Shown: piece after piece, positions 1-12,619 of the stretch
Numbering within the stretch: the stretch's first letter is position 1
Layout of the letters: each line of letters opens with the position of its first letter
Assembly: GCF_030144855.1 (NCBI RefSeq)
Contig: NC_082728.1
Location: 21,824,001 to 21,888,000 of the forward strand
Length of the DNA stretch: 64,000 nt
Source: Hypanus sabinus
Taxonomy: Eukaryota
Direction of reading: 5' to 3'
Made by a program: the position numbers and the translations under genes
The notes under the pieces: generated by a model
Told to the model about the DNA's origin: nothing
The model's input: only the letters and a program-made list of their open reading frames with translations
The model's database searches: none

Positions 1-306
1 CTTTCTCCCTAGGCCTCCTGTCCCATGATCCTTTCCCTTCTCTAGCTCTGTATCCCTTTTGCCAATCACCCTTCTGGCTCTCGGCTTCACCCCACCCCCT
101 CCGGTCTCATCATTTCGCATTTTCCCCTCCCCCTCCTACATTCAACTCTCTTACTATCTTTCCTTTCAGTTAGTCCTGACGAAGAGTCTCGGTCCGAAAC
201 ATCGTCAGCGCTTCTTCTTATAGATGCTGCCTGGCCTGCTGCGTTCCACCAGCATTTTGTGTGAGTTGCTTGAATTTCCAGCATCTGCAGATTTCCTCGT
301 GTTTGC
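1..306 (+). mobile_element. Penelope-like retroelement 3' end (pseudo-LTR) with hammerhead motif
   Basis: Pyrimidine-rich tract, then AGTC-CTGACGA...GAAA (172-199), then GATGCTGCCTGGCCTGCTG...CAGCATTTTGTGTG...CAGCATCTGCAG. The same module follows the GIY-YIG remnant at 55625-56280. Confidence 0.8.
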
Positions 307-311
307 CCTTT

Positions 312-700
312 AAAATCTGCAGATGCTGGAAATCCAAGCAACACACACAAAATGCAGGAGGAACTCAGTAGGCCAGGCAGCATCTATGGGAATGAGTACA
401 ATCGCCGTCTCGGGCCGAGACTTTTCAGCAGGACTGGAGAAAAAAAGATGAGGAAAAGAGTTAAAAGGTAGGGGGATTGGAGGGAGAATCACAAGGTGAT
501 AGGTGAAACCAGGACAGAGAGGGTGAAGTAAAGAACTGGGAAGTTGATTGGTGAAAGAGATACAGGGCCGGAGAAGGGGGAATTGAATAGAAGAGGACAG
601 AAGGCCATGGAAGAAAGAAAAGTGGGAAGGAGCACTAGAGGAAGGTGCTGGACAGGCAGGGAAATAAGGCTAGTGAGAGAAAAGGGGCTGAGGAATGGGG
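312..700 (-). mobile_element. Penelope-like 3' end, opposite orientation (tail-to-tail with 1-306)
   Basis: Reverse complement of the same module (CTGCAGATGCTGGAAAT...CAAAATGCAGGAGGAACTCAG...CGGGCCGAGAC...CAGGACTGG) followed by a purine-rich tract. Confidence 0.8.
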
Positions 701-1189
701 AAGGGGAGTGGGGACTCCCATTGTCAGCAGTTCGAGAAGATCCAGAATCACTAATTTAGTACAGTATGTGGTATTTTTATAGAGTTCCAGATGGCACTTC
801 TGGAATGATTCAGGCAGCAACCAGAGCTGCAAAATTCTGAAATAATGATTGCCTAACCTCACTACATCTTGGAGAAGTCAAGCACTACCTGGCATTATTA
901 TGTTTGCATTTGCATAGGAGATAATTAACTTTCTCTATGTACTACCTTCTCAAAGCTTGTTCTGGCCTCTAAATATCAGAGATTTAATGTTAGGTAAAAT
1001 GTAAATGTAAAAAAATGCAGTAGGCAGTTAACGGTATACAGTACTGTAAGAGAGAAGGGGGTCCTATACTTCTTTGAGATTATAGTACATCATTAAGCAA
1101 AAATAAAACCAACGAGAATATCTATAGAAGAGAATATTCTCTTTAAAGCCTTCCCAGAAGCACACCTTACCTCCTAAGAACTCCTTCAG

Positions 1190-1868
1190 GTCATAGAGTC
1201 ATTGAACACAACAGCACAGAAATAGGCTTTTCAACCCAGTTTGTCCCTGCCAAACCATTAATCTGCCTAGTTCCATCAACCTGCATGCAGGCCATAGCCC
1301 TCCATTTCCCTTCCATCCATGTTTCAATCCCAATTTCTCTTAAATGTTGAAATCTACAGGGAAAGGTTGAATAAGTTAGGGTGAAAGGTGAAATGTTTAA
1401 GGGGAACATGAGGGGCAGCTCGCTCCACGCTCTCACCACCACGCTCTCACCACCCTCTGAGTGAAGAAGTTCCCCCTCATGTTCCCCTTAAACATTTCAC
1501 CTTTCACCCTTAACCTATTCAACCCTTCCTGTAACTCAGGTCATCAAGTCCTGCACATCCTTACACATTTTTTCAATCTTATTTACATCTTTCTTGTAGG
1601 TAGGTGACCAAAACTGCAAACAATACTCCAAACACGAGGAAATCTGCAGATACTGGAAATTCAAACAACACACACAAAATGCTGGTGGAACACAGCAGGC
1701 CAGGCAGCATCTATAAGGACAAGCACCGTCGACCTTTCGGGCCGAGACCCTTTGTCAGGACTCCAAATCAGGCCTTATAAAATTTCAAAATAACATCCTA
1801 ACTCGCGTACTCAATGCATGATTTAGGAACACCAATGTGCAAAAGCTTTAATTAGGACCCTGTCTACT
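1190..1868 (-). mobile_element. CR1 LINE 3' fragment, internally deleted, with nested insertions
   Basis: Starts with a reverse-complement CR1 tail (CATAGAGTCATTGAACACAACAGCACAGAAATAGGC). Contains GACCAAAACTGCAAACAATACTCCAA, encoding an LEYC..FWSP-like RT C-terminus on the minus strand. Confidence 0.75.
1633..1759 (-). mobile_element. Short Penelope-like insert nested in CR1
   Basis: Penelope terminal module plus hammerhead motif, flanked by an ACTCCAAA duplication (1625-1632 / 1760-1767). Confidence 0.75.
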
Positions 1869-2390
1869 GGAGCAGCGGAGGTTTGGAGCCCGTCCACCTA
1901 AACCAAAAGCGAGCTTTGTTAGATCTTAGTGCCGGGCTGATTTGGAAAGTTTGAGTTCATGGTGGGGGGGTGGGGTGTTCAGGCCATAAGCCTATCAATG
2001 TGACTGGGCCTGGATCTTAGAGCAAAGACTGACCTGATGTTTTGACGAAGTAAACTCTGGGCCAATGGATGGGTGTTAGACCCGGAGGCAAAATTTGGTC
2101 CACTTCTGCTCATGGCTCTGTTGTTCACTGTGCTGAGGCTGTGGCTGTGCGCCTGCACTGGCTGCTCTGGGCTTCGTGTCTATGGACTCACTTCTGTTCC
2201 GAAAGCTGTTGCTTGTTTTTACTGTTTGCATGATTCTTTTCTCTCTCTCTCTCTCTCTGTATCTTGGGTGTTGGGTTTTTTTAAATGGGTTCTTTTGGGT
2301 TTCTTGTTTTGTGGCTGCCTGTAAGGAGACGGATTTCAAGGTTGTATAAAGTCTACGTATTTTTTAATAGAAGTACTTTGAAGTTTGAAC
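1869..2390 (+). mobile_element. Unclassified non-autonomous retroelement with Rex1-like 3' tail
   Basis: Interrupts the CR1 sequence. Ends in ...GTACTTTGAAGTTTGAAC, a tail shared with 5290-5445 and 41729-41760. Confidence 0.45.
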
Positions 2391-2519
2391 CTGTAATGCC
2401 ACTTTCGAGGAATTGACCCTCTGTGTGCTACCGCTCACTCAGTAACCTCATCACCCCTCCTCCCCATGACATTCAACCCATCCCCCTGCAATCCAACATA
2501 GACCGTGACTTTTCGTAGT

Positions 2520-3480
2520 TCACCCCCCCCCTCTTAAGAATGCCAGGGGCTGGAGATATCCCTGACCCTGGCATCCGGGAGGCAACATTCCATCCAGGAA
2601 TCTCGTTCTCATCCAGAGAACCTCTTTCCTGTTCCCCGAACCAACAAATCCCCTATCACTACAGCTCGTCTCTTCCCCACCCTTCCATTCTGAGCCACAG
2701 AGGATGACTCAGTGCCAGAGACCTGACTACTGTGGCTTTTCTCTGCCAGGTAATCCCCCCCTACAGTAAAACTGAAAAGGAATACTTGTTGTTGAGGGGG
2801 ACGGCCACAGGGGTACTCTGAATTGCTGGCCTATCCCCTCCCCCCCCCCCTTCTAACAGTCACTCAATTACCTGTGTCCTGCACCTTGGGTGTAACTACC
2901 TCCCTGTGTGTGTTATCTATATCAATCCCTCAGCCTCCCAAATGATCCGGTGTTCATCCAATTCCAGCTCCAACTCCTTAACGTGGCCTGTTAGAGGCTG
3001 CAGTTGGATGCACTTCTTGTGGGTGTAGTCGTCAGGGACACTGGAGGTCTCCCTACCTTCCCACATCCCGCAAGAGGAGCATTCTTTTGCTTCTTTTGCT
3101 TTCAAGAAGGAGCTAGATAGATATCTGATGGATAGGGGAATCAAGGGATATGGGGACAAGGCAGGGACTGGGTATTGATAGTGAATGATCAGCCATGATC
3201 TCAGAATGGCGGTGCAGACTCGAGGGGCCGAATGGTCTACTTCTGCACCTATTGTCTATTGTCATTCTGTTATCCTACTTGACACCCCCTCTGCTCAAAA
3301 TGTGCAATAAGAAAGAATAAAAATCTACCTACAGCCTACGCCTCGCCTCTCCGAAGCCTCAGTGAGCCAGAGCCTCGATTTCCCACTCTAACACTGGCCC
3401 ATTCACACAATGGCTGCTCTGCTTAAACTGAACTTCTTTTTATTGGGCCTTGCCACGTGCCTAATTATGTGCAATCGAAT
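2520..3480 (-). mobile_element. CR1 LINE ORF1 / 5' region remnant
   Basis: Minus-strand ORF 2917-3159 contains CSSCGMWE...KKCIQLQPLTGHVKELELELDE (CR1 ORF1 Zn-finger/coiled coil). 2540-2680 is homologous to the esterase-like ORF1 at 42480-42620. Confidence 0.7.
3086..3262 (+). mobile_element. 5'-truncated CR1 3' end nested in older CR1 ORF1
   Basis: TTCAAGAAGGAGCTAGATAGAT...GGGCCGAATGGTCTACTTCTGCACCTATTGTCTATTGT, flanked by a CATTCT duplication. Confidence 0.75.
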
Positions 3481-3609
3481 ATCTCTTCAGGAAATGTGAC
3501 ACACAGGCTACCCCTGCTTGCTTCTTTTAAATTCTATGCAATCCAGTGTCTCCTTGGGAACTGCGGTGTGCAAAGTAAGTGCCTTATTTGTTACTTTTTA
3601 AAGATATTT

Positions 3610-3960
3610 TCCCTGCCCCTCCTCCCTTCTTCATTTTCTTTGCTCTGGTCTCTTACCTCTTCTCCTCACCTGCCTATCACCTCCCCCACTGCCTCTCCTC
3701 CATCCTTTTCTCCCAAGGTCCACTCTCCTCTCCTATCAGCTTCCCTCTTCTCTAGCTCTCTGCCTTTCCCACTTACCACCACCCAGTTTCCAACTTCGCC
3801 CCCTCTCCCACCCACCTGGCTTCACCTATCACCTTCCAGCTTGTCCTGCTTTTCCTCCCACCCACCTTATTCTGCCATCTTCCCCCTTCCTTTCCAGTCT
3901 TGATGAGGGGGTCTCGGCCCGAAATGTCGACTGTTTAATCCTTTCCATATTCGCTGGGAC
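3610..3960 (+). mobile_element. Penelope-like 3' fragment
   Basis: C/T-rich tract homologous to 55900-56150, ending in the hammerhead motif. Confidence 0.75.
3895..3933 (+). ncRNA. Minimal type-I hammerhead ribozyme motif (mutated copy)
   Basis: CAGTC / TTGATGA / G-GGGGT-CTCG-GCCC / GAAA / TG / TC / GACTG. Stem I CAGTC:GACTG pairs perfectly, stem II is present, and the core differs from CUGANGA by one base. Confidence 0.7.
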
Positions 3961-4039
3961 TGCAAAGGCCCTCCCACAACTTATGTGCTACTTTTTAAAG
4001 CATGTTTTTGAGAAGTCTGTATAAACCAATGGCATATAT

Positions 4040-4480
4040 GCAGAAAGGTGCTGAAAAAAGGGTGGCAATATCATGAAAGATCCCTGCTCAGGGATCTTTC
4101 CTGGTCAGGGCTGGGGCGACATAGCATTCAAAAATGAATATTTTCCCCAAGCCGTTAGGCTGATCACCACCTCCACTCATTAACACCACCCCACCCACCC
4201 CACCACTACGTACACATAGCAGACACTCTTCTCCACAGCCCTTCAGACCTCTTCATCCCTCCCACCAATGCACTGCCACTTTAAGCTTACAATACAATCT
4301 GTCTCTATATATTATCTAACTTTATACATAGTACAGTATATACAGCCACTAACAATTACTTGTACATTTTGTTTTATAGGATTACTTTTATATTTATATT
4401 TGATATGCTTTTAGGCATAATCATTTTGTTCTTCACACTTATGTTCTGAAGAATGGCAATAAACAGTCTTGAATTTTGAA
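4040..4480 (+). mobile_element. Degenerate Rex1/Babar LINE 3' fragment
   Basis: TTTTCCCCAAGCCGTTAGGCTGATCA (F.PQAVRLI-like C-terminus) and a GGCAATAAACAGTCTTGAATTTTGAA tail. Confidence 0.5.
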
Positions 4481-6182
4481 TGATAATATCTACACTGAAT
4501 ACCCTGAATATTGTTATTGCATTCATTCAAGGCTAATATTCCTCTTCTGTACAGACAGTGCACAAAATGAAAGCTTATTATTTTCCTTCATATTTCGTCA
4601 TGGGCCAAAGTGCAGTTTCACTCTTTGCAGAAGTTCATCGACCTTCAGAGTATTACCCAACGCTGCTGTGATAAAGAGGCAGGTCACAGTTCTGAGCTGT
4701 GAGAAGAAGAGGTCGTGTCAGCAGTCCTGCAGAGGCAGGAAGCGGGTCACCAAGATTAGAGTGGAACATCAGAGCTTTGCGACAGGTCGCAGGAGCTGGC
4801 CACTTCACAGCACCTCCTCAGCAATCCACAGCAATCAGATGGGGGGGGGGGGGGTGTGGATTGCCGAGAGGAGGTGGTGGGAAGGGGGTGATGGAGCAAG
4901 AACAACCAAGATGAAGAATTTCCTTACGTAATGTGGACCAGCCAAAATCAGATTCCACAGGCTACAACCTGCACAGGTAGTTGCCCTGAATCTGTGCCAA
5001 AGCAGCCTTAAATGTTTTATGAAGACGTTTCATGCAAATGGACCATAGCCCCATATGTGCCAATGTAATGATGTTGTGATCTATATCATATGCTGTTGGG
5101 CACCAGTGAAAATTCCGGGAATTGTTGCATGCTAATGCATTGCTGACATTAAGGACCCAGAGAGATAAAATCCACTGATCTTATAGACTAAAGAGTGAAT
5201 CTTCAGTTGTGTTTTGTGACTAGCTTCCCAATAAATCCAGAGTTTTGAAGTTTCAAAGCCACTGTTTCTTGGCACATAATAGAGAAAGTCAGATTAAATG
5301 GTGATTGGTGGTGGGGGTGGTGGGGTTGTCTTTCTTTCAACTACTTCAATGCTTTTGTTTATTCTGTGGCTATATGGAGAAGACAAGTTTCAGAGTTGGA
5401 ATCCTAATATATATTTTGATAATAAAATGAAACTTTGAACCTTTTACTGAGAGAAAAAATTACAGAAAGCCACCATAGTAACTTCCCACATAGATTCACT
5501 GCAAAAGACCTTCAACATGGGATGATTTAGCTGGAGGACTATTTCAGAGAACTGCGAGCGAATGAGTCAAATTCAGCAAGTACAGATTCTCATGAAGGTC
5601 AGATGTATGTAGGAATCAGTATGTGAATTAAGAGTCCTATTAACATCTAAAAGCTAGGTAGAGTAGTTAGCAATATGCACTATAGATGGTTTGGCTATAG
5701 TCATCATAAGGGTTAAATGGGAATAAGTTGGACTGCCGATACAGAGAGATACAGACATAGTAGTTAGGTGTGGGATGATGTGAGATTGGAATGTTAATTT
5801 TTGAAATAGTGCCAGGCCATCTGGAAATCAGGTCGGGAGTCTGAAAAGAGAATAAGATATTCAGTAATAAATACCTACAGAAGATAAGGAAGTAAAGGCT
5901 ATCAAGGACAGACACGATCACTCATGTGTGGAGAATGTCCAGAGTACAATAAATAGATAGTTTGAACTATAAACATTTGTAAATTGACAGATGATTCATG
6001 AGTCTATTGGCATGCTGATGTATTACCCACAAATACACTAACATACTGCCAGCACTTAGTAGAAATTTACTTATATATTAGCCTTGCACTCATCTTACAT
6101 AATTAAAAAACATAGTGCACTCAAAACATTATGCTAGTTAGCAAGCACTCAGAGAAGACAGCCAGTCATTGCTCCTATTAAT

Positions 6183-6512
6183 GGAGACAAAAGAGATTCT
6201 GCACATGCTGAACATCTGGAACAACAGCACACAAAATGCAGGAGGAACTCAGCACATCAGGCAGCATCTGTGGAGGGAAGTCTCCCATCCCCCACCTACA
6301 TACCTTCCCCCTTTCACCTGGATTCACCGATCACCCGCCAGCTCACGCTCCTCCCTACCCCCCTCACCTCCCACCCTTTTACTTTGGCTTTAGCCGCTTT
6401 CTTTTGTTCGAATCCTGACAAAGTGTCTCAGCCTGAAACATCAACTGTCCATTTCCCTCTGTAGATGCTGCTTGACCTGCTGAGTTTTTCTAGCATTTTG
6501 TGTGTGTTGCTT
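6183..6512. mobile_element. Fold-back Penelope-derived unit
   Basis: Left arm CAAAATGCAGGAGGAACTCAGCACATCAGGCAGCATCT is the reverse complement of right arm AGATGCTGCTTGACCTGCTGAGTTTTTCTAGCATTTTG. Hammerhead remnant at ~6410-6448. CTATTAAT duplication at 6175-6182 / 6513-6520. Confidence 0.75.
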
Positions 6513-7394
6513 CTATTAATTCCTTGTTTCTGATTTATTTTTGCTAACTGTCTCAAGGACAATGTGTAGATTTTGCTATGTTAACAAATTTGCTCATCTG
6601 ATATCCATTTGTTGAATCATTTTGCCTTTAGTTTGGAGGGAGAATCCAAATTGGCCATTAAATATTTCACTGCGTGTTTTTCATCCTCTGACATGGGAGC
6701 TGAAAATTCAGCTCAGATAAAATTGAAAGACTTCTATAATCATGAACCAATGTAGTTGACAATTGTGAGTTTATATTTTAACTGATTTTTGAAATGTAAA
6801 TAATTCCTGACAATTAATCTGCTATTAATGCAGGTATTTTTAAAATTTGGTCACAAATAATCTTTAAAAATAGATTTTTAAAAAATCAAAATTTCTTCAA
6901 AATGGGGAAAATGTTATTTATTATTTCTTGAACACTTTCTGCGCATACTTTTTTAAGTATATGTTGCATGGAGAGGTTTAGGTGCCCTCTAGTTTGTAGT
7001 GGATACCAGCCATGAATGAGTTGGGATTTAGCAGCAGATGAACTGAAATGGGATTAGGAAATGTTGCAGATTGACAAGGCAAGTTTTCATGAAGAGACTG
7101 ATAGGTAATGCAAAGATCACCTCTGCAACAAGAAAGACAGCAATTTTCAAATATTCTTGTTCCTCTTTTTTCCTGACTATTAAAACTCACTGCTTTTTCT
7201 AAGCAACTATATATCTGCTATTATGAAACTATGGATGGCAATGCAGCCAAATTTTACACGTAAAGTGCCACTATTTTTATGCACGTACTTGCTAACAACT
7301 GGGACGAACTTCTCGACCAATGAGTTCTAAACTCTTGTGATTTTCCTTCACAAAAATTGAATGCTTAACTAAATGTTACACACGTAACACTGCA

Positions 7395-7860
7395 AAACCA
7401 TAAGATATAGGAGCAGGATTGGACTATTTAGCCTATCAATTCTGCTCCACCATACAATCAAGGCTGGTTTACTATCCTTCTCAATCCTAGTCACCTGCCC
7501 CCTCCCTGTAACCTTTGACTCCTTCACCGATCAAGAACCTATCAACTTCCACTTTACATATATCCAATGACTTAGCATCCTCTACCATCTGTGGCAATGA
7601 ATTCCACAGTTTCACCATCCTCTGGGTGAAGGAATTCCTCCTCATCTCTGTTCAAAGGGGACATCCTTGTATTCCGATGCTGTGCTCTCTAGTCCCAGAT
7701 TCCCTACAATAGGAACCATTCCCTTCACGTCCACTCTAGGCCTTTCAATATTCAAAAGTTTCAATTAGGTCCCCCTTCATACTTCTGAACTACAGTGGGT
7801 ACAGCCCCAGAGCCATCAGACACTCCTTATACATTAGCCCTTTCACTCTCAGGGTCATTG
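7395..7860 (-). mobile_element. CR1 LINE 3' fragment
   Basis: AACCATAAGATATAGGAGCAG tail; GAATTCCACAGTTTCACCATCCTCTGG (QR.V.LWNS on the minus strand). Confidence 0.8.
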
Positions 7861-8169
7861 TCACAATACGAAGCAGAGCTGAAGCTAATGTCACACCCTC
7901 CATGAGGATCAAAGAAGCAGACATGGGCAAAGGCAATTATCTTGGGTGTAAAGGGGTCTTGAGTGAAATTTTAATAAAAGCTAGGCATTGCTGCATACAA
8001 TTCCAACCTTGCTCTAGAATTATTTTGCCACCAGCATTTTCAGAGAACAGTTGGATGCATCGCGTATTTGCCTCATTGTGGAATTGAATGGAAACTGAGG
8101 TTGTTAAAGTTCCAAGCAGGTTATTGCAGTGAGGGACTCCACTGAGCACTAGGCTAACAGGCAGATTCT

Positions 8170-9100
8170 GTCTGATTGCTGGATTAATTAAAGCCTTTCA
8201 TGGTCAGAAATAATTTCCATACACATTAGTTATGACCAAGTTTGAAGCAAGCCTGTTACCTGCATTAGGTTTTCCTACTATTTTATAGAATTCCCTTTCC
8301 CCATCTCCCTTGGCTCATTCTGCTGCTCTCAGCTTTCCAATGTCGCCAAGAACATGAAATTTGCTAATGAATCTAAGCTGTTGGGCGGACCGAAACACCT
8401 GAATTTTTCCCAACAGCGTCTCTTTCTGTGCCGCAGTTTTTGCATTTCCCTTCTCCTTGTTGCCAACTTCACAGAGTGTAATTTTATGATGATACAAACT
8501 GGAAAGCAGCCTATATGTCTTGTAAAATAATGAAAAGGGTGACAATAATGCCTGTTATTTGAATCTGCCTCCTGTCTGTAGCAATCCTGTTTGTCTTTAA
8601 TGAAGTATGTTTAATGGGTTTATTGTTAAAAGCATTATTATCCTCCTTTCAGGCATCACTATTCACACTCACAGCCTTTCACTCTTCCACAGCACATGAA
8701 GGTTATGATATGTTATAAATCGCTACACAATATTTCTTCATGGGCACGTTCTCTCTCTGCCACAGACAACTTATGCCAAAGGTACCTATATCCTTGACGA
8801 TGACCTCAGTCAGAGGATCGATTACCAAAGCAAATAGGAGTGGCGACAGTCAGCAACTTGATAAGGTGCTTTTCCTATAGTAAAATAATCAATGCCTTTC
8901 TTTGGCTGCAATTATATGACATTTAAGCCTGAAGTATAATATCTCCTCTGGAACAGCAAACCTTGCTGAGCCGCAAACTATACCAATGTTGCAGATTAAC
9001 TTACTTTATTTTCAAAGGCTTTCTGAAGCGCTGTATCTCTTCCTCCATTCAGCATAAAAGTCGCTATCATTTCATTCAATCAGCCAATTGGTGAGATACT
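8170..9100. promoter_or_regulatory. Candidate conserved non-coding / enhancer block
   Basis: TE-free complex sequence dense in TAAT/ATTA, TTTAT and ACAAT motifs. Conservation not tested. Confidence 0.35.
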
Positions 9101-10140
9101 GCTTTTAAAACATTTATTGTATAAAATAACTTGATTGTTTAAATATATATCGACGAGGCTATGATCCAAAATGCAACCTGCTCCATGTGATTAGCTATTA
9201 GATCTTTTACAACAAATACAAATAAAATAATATTAAAATTGATTAGTCAAGTTTCAGCTCTAAAAAGGAATTGTTAAACCCAGAATGAAGAAATGAACAT
9301 ATGAAATATTAACCTGTCCATTCTTTTTACAGCTGTTAATAGATTAACTGTTCTTATTTCACATTTCTATTTATAGGTATATCATTATCCATGACACTTT
9401 GTATTTGTATCTTAAATTTAACTTGGTGATAATTTAACATTTATTGTGATTCAAAGAAAGGAGAAGACAGTAATATTTTGACAGAGGTATTAAAAGTCTG
9501 AGGAACAAATTATTAATTCTGTTAATGAATGCATAACTTGGTGAGTATATCAAAACAAGTGTTCCCAAGGGTCATCTCATTATGAAGCATATACTCTCTT
9601 AGTGGTTAGTATGTATTGTAATGTTTTGGTAATGTTTCACTGAATCCCAAAGGGATAACTAATGTTTCACAGTATGAACTTTATAGAAGCTTTATAAATC
9701 CTATTTATATTTAATTTTGAAAGGTTCTTTCCTCCTGTGATCTGCTTATTGCAGCTGGGCTTAGTCGTTCTGAGCAAGAGGATAGGAAGGGTATTGGTTC
9801 AGGCTTGCCTCGAAGTCCTGATATCATCTTTACCTGTCATCAGATGTTATTCCAAATCAAGCAGAACTGAATTACAGATTTGTAAGCGTGTTCAAAATTG
9901 AATTTTGGATCCTGTTTGAATTATTCATTCAGTATTAACATTTTGAATTAGATAAAGGAATGAAAGAATGATATTGATTTTTGGAGGAAAGGAGTGTAGT
10001 ATTTATTTCAAGGCTTCTATATATTTAGTTTAATTTTAATCCAAAAAGGATTATGAACAATTTTTTTTCAAATTGAGAAATATAACCGGTGAATAATTCT
10101 ACTCCAACCTTTTACCACCACGAACATCCAACAAGACTAT

Positions 10141-10333
10141 TAACATACAAAAAATGCGAGAGGAACTGCAGCATCAATGGAGAGGAGTGTTAATATTTCA
10201 GGTTGAGACCCTTCATCCTGAGATGTTGACTATTTATTCCTCGCCATTGATGCTGCCTGATCTGCTGAGTTTCTCCAGCATTTTCTGTGCATGTAACTCT
10301 GGACTTTCAGCACCTGCAGATCACTTCTGTTTG
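10141..10333. mobile_element. Small fold-back Penelope-derived unit
   Basis: Inverted terminal modules, flanked by CAACAAGACTAT (10129-10140) and CAACAAGTCTAT (10334-10345). Confidence 0.65.
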
Positions 10334-11369
10334 CAACAAGTCTATGAGGCTAGTTTGACAAAGAAAATAGGTCTAGGTTTGAAATAGGCAGCCCAAGAGT
10401 GGTTATACACTAAGCATATTTTCCCTAATTCTGATGAAGGGTCTCCAATCTGCAACATTAAGTATGTTTCCTGCTCCACGTAGGTGCCTGAGCTTCTGTT
10501 TTATTTCAGATTTCTAGTATTTGTAGCCTTTTGCTTTTGAATCAATCAAATGTAAGCAAAAACCTCAAGAAGCTTAATAAATAAAGTACACTGCAAAGAA
10601 GCACTAAAACAGTCCAGGAGAAATGGACAAATCCTAAATTGAACAGAAGAACATAGTGTATTGTAAAAGAGAGACAGAGGAATGGCATTCCACTGGTTAG
10701 GACTGAGCTGAATTAAGATTCTGCAACCAATTTTGTGTTAAAAGAAAGAGAAGATTTACCTAAGATCAGAAATAATGAATCCAGCGTTCAGAAAGATACA
10801 AGTGCAGAAAACTATTGAGAAGGGATTTTGTAACTGAACTGAAAAGCTTCATGTTCTTTGTGTGGATTGCAGAGGGCAGCTGAATGAGCAGAGGTTTGGA
10901 TGCTGGAGAGCAGAAAATGAGAGGCACCAAGCAGGGAATCCGGATCTAAGCATTTGGAGATGACAGGAGTTGATGATATCAGCAGTACTAGAGATGGAGC
11001 CCCGTCTCTGAGCCTAGCAACAGCGGAATTTTGAGATGGACAGAATGGGAGCTTTAAAGCCTGGCCGAAGATAGTGAGGGGTTGAAGAGAGCTTCAACCT
11101 GATATTGAGCTGGACTGTCTAGGAAACAGGTTCAGTAGAGTATTCTAATTGAGTAGAGGTTATCAAGAAGTCATCGCATTAATGCGATTAGAAACATGAT
11201 CCGACACCAGTAAATAATATCTGAGTGGCATTTTCATAAGGACTTGGATTGAACCAACATTAAGCTGTAGGGAGCCTTAGAGACAGTAGCTGGGAAAAGG
11301 AAAGTTTTACCATGTCCCAACCTTCATTGCACCAATAAGCTGCCTGCATTGGATCAAAGGAAATTGGTG

Positions 11370-11720
11370 AATTGGTACATTGGTCTATTATAGTCACGTG
11401 TACTGAGGTGCAGTGAAAAACTGGTGTTGTATGCTGTTCATACAGATCATTTCATTACAGCAGTGCATTGAGGTAAAACAATAACAGAAAGCAGATCAAG
11501 TGTAACAGCTACAGAGAAAGTGCATGGCTGCTAGATAGTAAGGTGCAAAGCTATAATGGGGTAGATTGTGAGGTCAAGAGACCATTTTATGGTAGTAGGG
11601 GATGGTTCAATAATCTTTCAATGGTGGAGTAGAAGCTACTCTTAAGCCTGGCAGTACCCACTTTCAGACTTTTGATGGCAAGTGGGAGAAGTGAGAAGTG
11701 AGTAGAATATTTAATTATGT
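11370..11720 (-). mobile_element. Rex1/Babar LINE 3' fragment
   Basis: Minus-strand ORF ends KSLKVGTARLKSSFYSTIERLLN, typical of the Rex1 C-terminus. Confidence 0.65.
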
Positions 11721-11947
11721 TGGTTGCTTTACCAAAACAGTTGTAAATGGAGAACTTGCAAAAGGTCACAGTCAATGAGAGATCATCCAATGTCTGAAAA
11801 CTACACTGGAAGCTCATGTTAGTTTACACTGTAGTGTGCAAAAAATATTGTGGGCTCTATGACAATCTATTTTTTGTTCAAGAGATCACTAGGATTAGTA
11901 GGGTAGGTGGGGGAGTGGGAATGGTTATAGTTACTGTATCTAACTTC

Positions 11948-12033
11948 ACACACAAAATGCTGGAGGATCTCAGCAGGTCAGGAAGCATCTATGGAAATCA
12001 ATAATCAGTCAATGTTTCGGGCCAAGACCCTTA
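11948..12033 (-). mobile_element. Penelope-like terminal fragment
   Basis: ACACACAAAATGCTGGAGGATCTCAGCAGGTCAGG...GTTTCGGGCCAAGACCCTT. Confidence 0.7.
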
Positions 12034-12619
12034 TTTGGGAATGGCCCTGAAGAAGGTCTGCAGACTTTCTTGTCTGTATCTAACTTGCTCTCTTCATTCA
12101 GGAAGACAACACTTGTTTCTCTGCCACTCCCAGTCCTTATTAGCCCCCAGCCTTTGCCACCTAATCCAAGTAGCAAACATTCATGGCAAGAAGGAGCAGT
12201 ATGATGTCATCAGTGCCAGGTTCACCTTCAATATTTCATCTACTGAGTCAAGAGGATTCCAGCAAATATTGCTCAGGATCATCTGGTTAGATAAATGGAA
12301 GACACCCATGAAAGGGGATGTACAAGTGTTTTTAAAAATTTGTTTGCAATACGTTAAGATTTTATTTCAATTTAAAAAATAATTTTAGTCTCTATTGCTT
12401 CCAGTTTGATGTTGTGACTATGATAGAGGGAAGGTAAGGTGTGGTGCTTTGATGAATGGGGAGAGGAGTTAATGAGACTTTTAATGCCGTCAGATGAATG
12501 CACATACAGTTGTCGCAGATGGGTTTCTTCCAGTTTACTCCTCCTTCTTACAGTCCCTTCCTTTCTTTACACCCTTCCCTGACCTCAGCTGGTCACTATT
12601 TAATTCTTGGTAAGTAGAC

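Noticed and set aside
3457-3903. 148-aa Ser/Pro/Leu-rich ORF
   Set aside because: Translation of the Penelope C/T-rich tract.
4476-4931. 151-aa ORF with an acceptor-like site at ~4550
   Set aside because: No recognisable domain, non-ATG start, includes a G homopolymer; likely chance.
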